From the NCBI GenBank assembly GCA_963779935.1, contig CAWAAC010000009.1:1173357-1213356 (forward strand): a stretch of DNA of 40,000 nt, written 5' to 3'. Of this stretch, positions 8,267 through 16,890 are shown one piece after another. Both the position numbers and the translations under genes were made by a program. The DNA comes from an uncultured Chloroflexia bacterium (GTDB lineage Bacteria > Chloroflexota > Anaerolineae > Anaerolineales > Villigracilaceae). The notes below the pieces were generated by a model. The model was not told the origin of the DNA. It saw nothing but the letters and a program-made list of their open reading frames with translations, and did no database searches. The first letter of the stretch is position 1. The number at the start of each line of letters is the position of its first letter.

Positions 8267-10102
8267 ATGAAAAAAACAGCTACTTTGGGTTTGTTTCGCG
8301 GGTTCTTATGGGAGATCATCGGAACCGCATTTGGGATCGGCTTTGTAACGATCGTGCGTGTTCTCATGCATTTGCCAGCCTGGAAGGCAGAACCGGCTGC
8401 GGTGGTGGGGGCCTTGTTCGGGGCCTTGTTCTTTCTTTACGGCGTTGGCGTTTTGGACGATTGGATTAAATGGGCCAACGGCGAAGAAGCGCCTGAACGT
8501 GAAGAGGATGCCAGCCTGGGCTGGCGGCGTTACTTCGGCGTATCGCTGGACCATAAGGTGATCGGCATGCAGTACCTGACCCTGGCGCTGATCCTCTTCG
8601 CCGTTGGAGGCATGTTTGCCCTGATCTTCCGCACCGACCTGGCCCAACCGATGGCGCAGTTCCTGACCCCCATCGAATACAACACGCTCATGTCGCTGCA
8701 TGGGATCGTAATGATCATCGGCATCTTGATCGGTATTTCCGCCATCATGAATTACACCGTTCCCTTGTTGATCGGTGCAAACGACATGGCCTTTCCCCGC
8801 TTGAACGCCTTTTCATTCTGGATCGCAGTTCCAGCCGGCATCATCCTGCTCTCGAGCATGTTCATGGGCGGGTTCGATACCGGCTGGACTGGTTACCCGC
8901 CGCTTTCCCTGCGGGCACCGCTGGGGATCCAGATGTTCTTTCTGGGGGTCTCGCTTTCAAGTTTTTCATCCATACTTAGCGCGCTGAATATCCTTGCCTC
9001 GGTCATCCGCCTGCGCGCCAAAGGCATGACGCCTTTCCGTATGCCTATTTTCGTCTGGGCTGCCATCGCCACTTCTGTCATCAGCATGACCGCCACTCAG
9101 TTGATCGGCCTGGCGTTCCAGATGAGCATGCTGGAGCGTTTACTGGGGATGGGTTTCTTCGACCCGATTAAAGGCGGCAACCCGGTTCTGTTCGAGCATT
9201 TATTCTGGTTTTATTCCCACCCGGCCGTGTATGTCTTCATCCTGCCCGGGCTGGGGCTGATCAGTGAATTATTACCGGTGTTTGTCCGCAAACCGCTCTA
9301 TGGCTATAAATGGGTGGCCATGTCCTCATTGGCTATTGCCCTGACCGGCTTCCTGGTGTGGGGCCACCACATGTTCGCGGCCGGCATGGCCGAATACCTG
9401 CGGGAACCGTTCATGTACAGCACCCTGCTGGTGGCTGTACCAACCGGGGTCAAGTTCTTCTCCTGGGTGGCGACCATCTGGAGGGGCAAGATCACTTTCC
9501 CATCGCCGATGCTGTTTATTTTGGGCGGGATCGTTGTCTTCTTGCTGGGCGGTCTTTCCGGGCCGCCTAATGCAACCGTCTCGACCGACCTGATGCTGAA
9601 CAATACCTATTATATTGTCGGGCATTTCCACGACACACTCTTCGGCGGTTACGTCTTCACATTATTTGCCGCCCTGTATTTCTGGTGGCCCAAAATGACC
9701 GGGCGCCGGCTGAATGAAAAGCTCGGCAAGCTTCATTTTTGGTTGATGGGCCCCGCCATGCTTGTTTTGACCCTGGCCATGATGCGCATCGGCTTGCTGG
9801 GGATGCGCCGGCGGGTCTACAACTACGACACCTCCCTGGGTTTTGAACCTTACCATGTCGTCATGACCATCGCCGGCTTCCTGATCGGTTTGAGCGTCTT
9901 GATATTCTTCATCAATATCTTTATCACAATGAAAAGAGGCGAGATTGTGACGGGGAATATTTGGGAGTCACGTTCGCCGGAATGGCAGGTGCCAAATCCC
10001 ATGCCGCTGCATAACTATGAAAAGGAATTCGAAGTGGTCGGTGAACCATATGACTATGGTCTGCCCGGCTCGCGTTATATAAAATTCCTCGGAGAGGATT
10101 GA
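8267..10102 (+). CDS. coxA: Cytochrome c oxidase subunit I (A-family heme-copper oxidase), with an N-terminal extension of about 90 aa
   Basis: Motifs DHKVIGMQY, WFYSHPAVYVFILPG, GHHMF and GHFHD. 611 aa. Confidence 0.9.
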   Translation: MKKTATLGLFRGFLWEIIGTAFGIGFVTIVRVLMHLPAWKAEPAAVVGALFGALFFLYGVGVLDDWIKWANGEEAPEREEDASLGWRRYFGVSLDHKVIGMQYLTLALILFAVGGMFALIFRTDLAQPMAQFLTPIEYNTLMSLHGIVMIIGILIGISAIMNYTVPLLIGANDMAFPRLNAFSFWIAVPAGIILLSSMFMGGFDTGWTGYPPLSLRAPLGIQMFFLGVSLSSFSSILSALNILASVIRLRAKGMTPFRMPIFVWAAIATSVISMTATQLIGLAFQMSMLERLLGMGFFDPIKGGNPVLFEHLFWFYSHPAVYVFILPGLGLISELLPVFVRKPLYGYKWVAMSSLAIALTGFLVWGHHMFAAGMAEYLREPFMYSTLLVAVPTGVKFFSWVATIWRGKITFPSPMLFILGGIVVFLLGGLSGPPNATVSTDLMLNNTYYIVGHFHDTLFGGYVFTLFAALYFWWPKMTGRRLNEKLGKLHFWLMGPAMLVLTLAMMRIGLLGMRRRVYNYDTSLGFEPYHVVMTIAGFLIGLSVLIFFINIFITMKRGEIVTGNIWESRSPEWQVPNPMPLHNYEKEFEVVGEPYDYGLPGSRYIKFLGED

Positions 10103-10103
10103 C

Positions 10104-10883
10104 ATGGTCGAAACAAACGAGCTTTCCGCTACCAAACGACCTTCCGGGCTGCAAATGGGCCTTATGGTATTTGTTATCCTGGCGGTCCTGACTGCAACGG
10201 AATTCCTTTTTGCCCTGTTCCTGAATCTGTGGCCGCTGCTGGCCTTGATGGCTTTCCTGAAAGCCGGGCTGGTTTTGTATTACTACATGCATGTTTCCCG
10301 CTTGTTCCTGGCAGACAAGGATGAAAATCGCGCCTCGTTTTCTTATAAGCTCACCACCAATCGCCTGGGTCTGTGGTTTTTCATGCTCTCTGATGCATTC
10401 ATTTTCGGTGGATTGTTGGTCTCGCGCTTCAACCTGCTGGCCCTGACCCGCCCACAGCTTAATCAGTTCATGGGTGTGACCATCACGACCGTGCTGTTGA
10501 TTTCCTCGTTTTTTGCCAACCGGGCGGAAGTCTCGATGGAACATGGGAACCGCAGACAGGCCATTATCAGCCTGTCGATAACGATCCTGCTCGGGCTGGC
10601 GTTTCTGGCTACCGTACTTTTTGTGGAGTGGCGGATCGCCCCATTCGGTCCCGGAGATGGTGTCCAGGGCGCCGTCTTCTATTCAATGACCGGCTTCCAT
10701 GCCTTCCATGTTCTGACTGGGATCTTCTTCCTGTCGATTGTGCTGCGTAACCTGGTTCGCCAACGCTATTCTGCCGAGAAGCACTGGGGAGTGGAAGCGG
10801 CGATCGTTTACTGGCACTTCATCGATGTGGTCTGGATCTTCTTCTATCCGGCTTTATATTTGATCGGAACATTGCCCCATTGA
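10104..10883 (+). CDS. coxC: Cytochrome c oxidase subunit III (short form) with an N-terminal subunit-IV-like two-helix module
   Basis: The C-terminal 180 aa carry LGLWFFMLSDAFIFGG, YSMTGFHAFHVLTG and YWHFIDVVWIFFYP. The N-terminal 70 aa have two TM helices ending in LKAGLVLYYYMHV, which resembles the prokaryotic subunit IV motif. Confidence 0.8.
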   Translation: MVETNELSATKRPSGLQMGLMVFVILAVLTATEFLFALFLNLWPLLALMAFLKAGLVLYYYMHVSRLFLADKDENRASFSYKLTTNRLGLWFFMLSDAFIFGGLLVSRFNLLALTRPQLNQFMGVTITTVLLISSFFANRAEVSMEHGNRRQAIISLSITILLGLAFLATVLFVEWRIAPFGPGDGVQGAVFYSMTGFHAFHVLTGIFFLSIVLRNLVRQRYSAEKHWGVEAAIVYWHFIDVVWIFFYPALYLIGTLPH

Positions 10884-10938
10884 TCTCGCCGGCAATTTTC
10901 CCATCCAGCCTGACACCTGGAGCAGAAGGTAACCCTTT

Positions 10939-11523
10939 ATGGATAAAAGATTCTTTTGGATTGTGACAGGCATCCTGTTGGTGGTTGTGCTGGCAGCGAC
11001 CGTGGCAACCGTTCTGGTGCGAATGCCACAGGCCTTCGCGGGTTCGGTCATCAATCCACCCACACCTGCCTCCGACTTTACCCTGACCAGCCAGACAGGC
11101 GCTACCGTTCATCTGTCAGACTATCGCGGGAAATATGTGTTGCTCTTCTTCGGATATTCCCACTGCACGGAAGAATGCCCAGTAAGCATGGCAGTGCTCG
11201 CCCAGGCGCGCAGCGAGTTGGGGGCTCAGGCTGACAAAGTGCAGGTGCTATTCGTTTCCACCGATCCGGCCACCGATACCCAGCAATCGATGGGCGTTTT
11301 TCTGGCACGCTTTGATCCCACTTTCATCGGCCTGGTTGGCAGCCAGTCGCAGCTCCAGCCCATCTGGAAAGATTATGGCGTCACGGTTTTGGATGGAGGC
11401 GAGACCCATTCGAGTTATACCTATTTGATCGATCCGAATGGTAATCTGATTATGACCTATGCTTATCCCGCCAATCCTGAAGGGGTTTCATCTGATCTGA
11501 AGTTGCTTTTCAAGAAGAACTAG
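10939..11523 (+). CDS. SCO1/SenC family copper chaperone (thioredoxin fold)
   Basis: N-terminal TM anchor. FFGYSHCTEECP CxxxC copper-binding motif. A conserved His lies downstream (ETHSSYTYLIDPNG). Confidence 0.85.
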   Translation: MDKRFFWIVTGILLVVVLAATVATVLVRMPQAFAGSVINPPTPASDFTLTSQTGATVHLSDYRGKYVLLFFGYSHCTEECPVSMAVLAQARSELGAQADKVQVLFVSTDPATDTQQSMGVFLARFDPTFIGLVGSQSQLQPIWKDYGVTVLDGGETHSSYTYLIDPNGNLIMTYAYPANPEGVSSDLKLLFKKN

Positions 11524-11525
11524 GC

Positions 11526-12026
11526 GTGCGCAAATCTTTGCTCATCCGGTTTCTGATCTGTATCGCAGTTGGGATTCTGATTGCCATTCCGTTGAGCGAA
11601 CTGGGTTTTTTCATGCAGGGGAGTAACACCAGCCGCCCTCCAAAAACGATCGTTTTGGATATTCCTGCGGGAACCTCCGCAAAAGTAGCTGCGGGCACGA
11701 GTGTGCTGCCGCAGGATATGACCTTCGTGCTGGGTGATACTTTGGTAGTGAACAACCAGGATTCGGTTGCACATACCCTGGGTCCTTTATTCATCCCCCC
11801 GGGCAGTTCCGCCAGCATGAGCCTGAACCACATCGGGAACCTGTCTTATGTCTGCTCGTTTCAACCAACAAAATACCAGGGACTGAATGTACAGGATTCG
11901 TTAACTCTGGCCACACGTTTTGAGGGGATATTTATCGCCGGTTTTCCGCTTGGAATACTTTTCGCCCTTTACAGCCTGATCCTGCGGCCGCTAAAAAAGA
12001 AGGCCGCCAGCCCGGGCGTCCCCTGA
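11526..12026 (+). CDS. Hypothetical bitopic membrane protein inside the cox assembly block
   Basis: GTG start 3 nt after the SCO stop, and the ORF's stop overlaps the SURF1 start codon. TM helices at both ends flank a beta-rich domain of about 100 aa (VVNNQDSVAHTLGP ... LSYVCSFQP). I do not recognise a family. Confidence 0.55.
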   Translation: MRKSLLIRFLICIAVGILIAIPLSELGFFMQGSNTSRPPKTIVLDIPAGTSAKVAAGTSVLPQDMTFVLGDTLVVNNQDSVAHTLGPLFIPPGSSASMSLNHIGNLSYVCSFQPTKYQGLNVQDSLTLATRFEGIFIAGFPLGILFALYSLILRPLKKKAASPGVP

Positions 12027-12796
12027 TGTTCCGCTTAATTTTTTCACGTCGCTGGTGGGTTACCAGTCTGCTGGTATTGTTTGGGATTGGTTTGAGCATC
12101 CGACTGGGCATCTGGCAGGTGGACCGCTACCTGAATAACACAGCCTTTGCCAATCACCTGGCTGCCATGCAAAGTGCCACACCGCTTAAACTGGGCACCG
12201 GGCAGCCACCGGCCGGCCTGACCGGAATGGAATACCGGGCCGTCCAGGCGACGGGCACATTCGACTTTAGCCACCAGGTCGCCATCAAAAACCAGATCTG
12301 GGTGCAAAGCTGGGGAAACGAAATTGGCTACATCCTGCTTACACCGCTGGTCTTTCCAGATGGTTCGGCGGTCCTGGTCGATCGCGGCTGGATCCCGATA
12401 AAGGACAACACGCCGGCCTCCTGGCATGGGTTTGACGCCCCAGGATCAGGCACCATCACCGGAGTTTTGCGTTTGCCGGCGGTGCTGGAAATGGGCGGGG
12501 AGTCGGATCCAACCCTGGCTCCCGGCCAGACTTCGCTGGATCTGTGGAATCTGATCGACCTTCAGCGCCTGCAAAAACAAATGCCTTACCCGATCCTGCC
12601 GGTCTATATTCAGCAGGCGCCGGTGGGTGATAATCCTGCTCTGCCGTTCCGGGCTCTTCCGGAACCTGATCTGTCGGAGGCAGGAATTAATGAGGGGTAT
12701 GCAATGGTATGGTTTGCCTTTACAGGATTGCTAATTTTTGGCTATCCGGTATACTTAAGGAAACAGACGCCCGATACCAGCGGGCATTCAAAATAA
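12026..12796 (+). CDS. SURF1 family cytochrome oxidase biogenesis protein
   Basis: RRWWVTSLLVLFGIGLSIRLGIWQVDRY N-terminal signature. DRGWIP motif. C-terminal TM helix. Confidence 0.85.
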   Translation: MFRLIFSRRWWVTSLLVLFGIGLSIRLGIWQVDRYLNNTAFANHLAAMQSATPLKLGTGQPPAGLTGMEYRAVQATGTFDFSHQVAIKNQIWVQSWGNEIGYILLTPLVFPDGSAVLVDRGWIPIKDNTPASWHGFDAPGSGTITGVLRLPAVLEMGGESDPTLAPGQTSLDLWNLIDLQRLQKQMPYPILPVYIQQAPVGDNPALPFRALPEPDLSEAGINEGYAMVWFAFTGLLIFGYPVYLRKQTPDTSGHSK

Positions 12797-12820
12797 TCTT
12801 TTCTGATCAGGAGGAGGCGC

Positions 12821-14204
12821 ATGCTACCGGTCGTATTATCGCGGTTGCAGTTTGCTTTAACGACTGTCTATCACTTTTTTTTCGTCCCATTGACATTGGG
12901 GATGGTATGGATTGTGGCCATTCTGGAAACGATGTACGTACGCAGTGGGAACGAAACCTATAAGAAATTGACGGAATTTTGGGGGAAGCTGCTCCTGATC
13001 AACTTTGCCATGGGGGTGGTCACGGGCATTGTGATGGAATTCCAGTTCGGTATGAACTGGGCTGGATATGCCAATTTTATTGGTGATATCTTCGGAGCGC
13101 CTTTGGCAATCGAAGCCCTGCTGGCGTTCTTCCTCGAGTTCGACCTTTCTGGGGTTATGGATTTTCGGCTGGGATAAACTTTCCAAAAGGCTGCACGCCA
13201 CGGTCATCTGGCTGGTGGCGCTGGGTAGTTCCTTATCGGCCTTGTGGATCCTGATCGCCAATGCCTTTATGCAGCATCCGGTCGGGTATGTGCTGAATAA
13301 TGGCCGGGCGGAAATGGTTGACTTCGGTGCGCTGGTCTTCAATTTCAAAGCGTGGATCATGTTCGAACATACCCTCGCCTCCGGCTTGACCACAGCGGCC
13401 TTTTTTGTCCTGGGCATCAGCGCCTACCATATTGCCAGCAAGCAGAATGTCGACTTCTTCAAGCATTCCTTTAACCTGGCTGCCATCGTCGGAACGATTG
13501 CCATCGTCCTGGTCATCCTGGGCGGGCATGAGCAGGGCTTATGGTTGCTAAACAACCAGCCCATGAAAGCTGCCTCCGCCGAAGCCCTCTGGGACACCGA
13601 AGATCCGGCTTCCTTCTCGCTCCTGACCATCGGCGACCTGACCGGCAAACATGAGGTCTGGCAGATCCGTGTCCCGGATGTGCTCAGCCTGTTATATTAC
13701 AACCAGTTGAGCGGCAAGGTGACCGGCATCAATGACTTGCAGGTGCAGTACCAGGCGAAATATGGGCCGGGCGATTATGTGCCCCTGGTGATATTTACCT
13801 ACTGGGGCTTTCGCTTGATGGTCGCGGCCGGGTTCATCATGCTGGCACTGGCCGGATATGCCCTGTATCACGTCATGCGTAACAAGGTTGGGCCGGGCAT
13901 CCGCTGGGTGTGGGTGTTCCCATTCGCCATTGCTTTGCCGTATATTGCCAATACCAGCGGATGGGTTCTGACCGAGCTGGGCCGGCAGCCTTTCATCGTT
14001 TATGGATTGCTTAAAACTCAAGATGCCATGTCGCCTGGTTTAACCACCGGCATGGTACTTTTCAGCCTGATCGGCTTTGCATTGATTTACGCGGCTCTGA
14101 TGGGCACGGATATTTTCCTGCTGGCTAAATTTGCCAAAGCGGGTCCGTCTGCCGCTGAATCAGGGCTTGAAGCAACCGGTTCAGAAACTGAAGCGGTCGA
14201 ATAA
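12821..14204 (+). pseudogene. cydA: Cytochrome bd oxidase subunit I, copy 1, interrupted by a single-base (+1) frameshift at about 13139
   Basis: ORF 12821-13177 matches CydA through ...[13 protein letters not shown] 13068-14204 (the next frame) continues the match with [11 protein letters not shown].... The text gag-T-tcg-acc would read E-S-T, as in copy 2 (MESTFIGLWIFGW), if one T were removed. The RBS aggaggagg precedes 12821. Confidence 0.85.
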
Positions 14205-14218
14205 GGCCGGAGGAAAAC

Positions 14219-15236
14219 ATGAAATCTTAATATTCTCTGGTTTGTCCTGATAGCAGTCCTGTATGTAGGGTTCTTCTTCCTGGAAGGCTTCGACTTTGGG
14301 GTCGGGATGCTCCTGCCCTTCCTGGGCAGGACCGATACCGAGCGCAGAACCATTATTAACACCATAGGTCCCCATTGGGATGGCAACGAAGTCTGGCTGA
14401 TCACGGCCGGGGGGGCCACCTTCGCGGCCTTTCCGCACTGGTACGCCACCATGTTCAGCGGCTTTTATCCCGCCATGTTCCTGCTGCTGGTTGCCTTAAT
14501 CCTGCGCGGCGTTTCCTTCGAGTTTCGCAGTAAAAACGCCCTACCCGCCTGGCGCAGTTTCTGGGACTGGGCGATTGCAATTGGCAGTTTCCTGGCCGCT
14601 TTCCTGCTGGGGGTTGCTTTCGCCAACCTGGCCAAGGGCGTGCCGATCGATGCCAAGATGAACTATACCGGCACATTCTGGACGTTGCTCAATCCTTATG
14701 GACTGATCGGCGGTTTATCCAATACAGCCGGTTTCCTGCTGATCGGGTCAATTTTCTTAAGCCTCAAGACTACCGGAGAACTGGTGGAACGGGCCGAAAA
14801 GATTGCCCGCAAGCTCTGGATTGCCGCGGTCATATTGATTCTCGCTTTGCTGGCGACCACCTATATTTATACTGATATCCTTTCCCATTTGGGCGTTGAC
14901 CCTGGCGTAGTGCCGATCGCGGCCTTTGCTGCCATCCTCCTGACAGGCTATTTCGTTTATCGTAAACGAAATGGCTGGGCGTTTACCATGATGGGAATCC
15001 ACCTGGCTCTGACGCTAGCGGCCTGTTTCCAGATCATGTTCCCGCGCGTGATGATTTCCAGCATCGATCCGGCTTTCAGCCTGACGATATACAATGCATC
15101 TTCATCACCGTACACCCTTAAGGTCATGTCCATTATCGCCCTGATCTTCCTGCCGGTTGTGCTGGCCTACCAGGGCTGGACGTACTGGATCTTCCGTAAA
15201 CGCGTGCAGGCTTCGCCTGAAAAATTGACCTATTAA
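14219..15236 (+). pseudogene. cydB: Cytochrome bd oxidase subunit II, copy 1, with a frame disruption after codon 3
   Basis: A strong SD (ggagg) lies 5 nt before the ATG at 14219. That ATG reads atg aaa tct TAA. The CydB N-terminus NILWFVLIAVLYVGFFFLEGFDFGVGMLLP starts at 14229, one base out of frame. The ORF-track start at 14307 would remove TM helix 1. Confidence 0.8.
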
Positions 15237-15293
15237 CAAAGGAACGACTTTAGTTGTTCCTACCTAACTTATTCTATTCCCAACCAAAGTTCC

Positions 15294-15318
15294 AAAAGAG
15301 CGCACCTGGCGCTCTTTT
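15294..15318 (+). terminator. Intrinsic terminator after cydB copy 1
   Basis: Stem aaaagagcgc / gcgctctttt with a 5-nt loop, ending in a T-run. Confidence 0.7.
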
Positions 15319-15423
15319 GCATTAAATAGTTACCTGGTTTTTGATCGGGCGGCTTGATAAAGATAAACTACATTATAATTATCGTAATAAAAATATCGAT
15401 TCAATCGGAAAGAGCAATTATTG

Positions 15424-16881
15424 ATGTCTGAGCATATTCTTGTCACGGGTGCCACCGGCTATATTGGCGGACGGCTTGTCCCCCGCCTGCTGGAGGCAGG
15501 TTACCAGGTGCGCTGTTTTGCACGCGATCCCGAGCGGCTGGCTGGCTTTTCCTGGGTGGAGCAGGTAGAGATCGCTGATGGGGATGCGTTGGATACTGCC
15601 TCGCTGGTTAAGGCCATGCAGGGGATAACCACGGCATACTATCTCATCCATGGGATGCAAGGTGGTCGGCTGGATGCGGAGCGTGACCTGCGGGCCGCCA
15701 GCAATTTTGCCTCGGCGGCCGAAATGGCCGGCATCCAGCATATTATTTATTTTGGTGAATTGGTCAACCCCACCGACGATCTTTCCCCCTACCTGCGCTC
15801 GCGCCACGAGACCGGCCACATCCTGCGCCAGGGTCGCGTGCCGGTGACGGAGTTCCGGGCCGGCATGGTGGTTGGTTCGGGCAGCGCCTTGTTCGAGATG
15901 GTGCGCTACACCGCTGAACGCCAGCCGGTTTTTGTCTGCCCGAAATGGTTCTTTTCCCTGGCGCAGCCGATCGCCATCCGTAACGTGCTGGATTACCTGG
16001 TGGCGGCATTGAAATCTCCTGAAAGCTCTGGCAAGTTGATCGAAATTGGCGGCGCCACCCGGCTGACCTATGCCCAGATGCTGCTGGCATATTCCCACGA
16101 GCGCGGCTTGAAACGTCTCTTGATCCGCTCGCCTTTCTACACCCCGCGCCTTTCGGCCTATTGGGTGCACATGCTCACGCCGGTGCACTGGCGCGTACTG
16201 CTGCCATTGATCGAAGGTCTGCATAGCCAGAGTGTGGTGCGAGACGATCTGGCGCTGAAACTCTTCCCTGAAATACAGCCGTTGGATTTTCAGACCGCCG
16301 TACGGCTGGCGCTCGGACGGGTGGCCACTGATGATGTGGAAACCTCCTGGAGTGACGCCCTGGTTGTCTCCCAGGGAGATATCCGTCCATATACATTCAC
16401 CACCAGCGAAGGGATGATGCTCGAACGCCGCCATATGTTCGTGGACCTGCCGCCCGCCCCGGTTTTTTGCGCCTATACCGGCCTGGGTGGTGAGCGAGGC
16501 TGGCTGTACCTGAATTGGACCTGGGAGATCCGCGGCTGGATCGACAAACTGGTCGGAGGTGTCGGCCTGCGGCGCGGTCGCCGCCATCCGGACGACATCC
16601 GGGTAGGTGAGGCGCTGGATTTCTGGCGGGTCGAGGCGGTCGAACCGGACCGGCTGATCCGGCTGCGGGCCGAGATGAAGGTGCCGGGCAAAGCCTGGCT
16701 GGAGTTCCAGTCCATTCCACAGCCGGATGGAAAAACGTTGCTGACCCAGACTGCTTATTTTGCGGCGCATGGGGTGGCGGGTTTTCTCTACTGGTATTTG
16801 CTTTATCCCATTCACGGATTCATTTTTAGCGGCTTGATTCGCAAAGTTGCCGAACGTGCGCAGGAACTGGCGCAACCTTAG
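15424..16881 (+). CDS. Atypical SDR (NAD(P)-binding Rossmann) protein with a C-terminal DUF2867-like domain (YbjT-like), paralog 1
   Basis: ILVTGATGYIGGRLVPRLL glycine-rich dinucleotide motif. About 485 aa, with a C-terminal half conserved with the next gene (GWLYLNWTWEIRGWIDKLVGG, LDFWRVEAVEP). Overall architecture is as I recall for E. coli YbjT. Confidence 0.7.
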   Translation: MSEHILVTGATGYIGGRLVPRLLEAGYQVRCFARDPERLAGFSWVEQVEIADGDALDTASLVKAMQGITTAYYLIHGMQGGRLDAERDLRAASNFASAAEMAGIQHIIYFGELVNPTDDLSPYLRSRHETGHILRQGRVPVTEFRAGMVVGSGSALFEMVRYTAERQPVFVCPKWFFSLAQPIAIRNVLDYLVAALKSPESSGKLIEIGGATRLTYAQMLLAYSHERGLKRLLIRSPFYTPRLSAYWVHMLTPVHWRVLLPLIEGLHSQSVVRDDLALKLFPEIQPLDFQTAVRLALGRVATDDVETSWSDALVVSQGDIRPYTFTTSEGMMLERRHMFVDLPPAPVFCAYTGLGGERGWLYLNWTWEIRGWIDKLVGGVGLRRGRRHPDDIRVGEALDFWRVEAVEPDRLIRLRAEMKVPGKAWLEFQSIPQPDGKTLLTQTAYFAAHGVAGFLYWYLLYPIHGFIFSGLIRKVAERAQELAQP

Positions 16882-16890
16882 AGGTTTCTT

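Noticed and set aside
9924-10544. 206-aa reverse-strand ORF over the coxA/coxC junction, plus reverse-strand ORFs at 17065-17883, 18188-18778, 18929-19495 and 32756-33400
   Set aside because: Each lies opposite a forward gene with diagnostic motifs. None has an RBS or any recognisable domain.
14232-14234. An in-frame ATT, or the ATG at 14307, as an alternative start that would make cydB-1 intact without a frameshift
   Set aside because: The ATT lies 18 nt from the SD, which is too far. The SD is perfectly spaced for the out-of-frame ATG at 14219. Starting at 14307 would delete the first transmembrane helix, which is conserved in copy 2 and in CydB generally.
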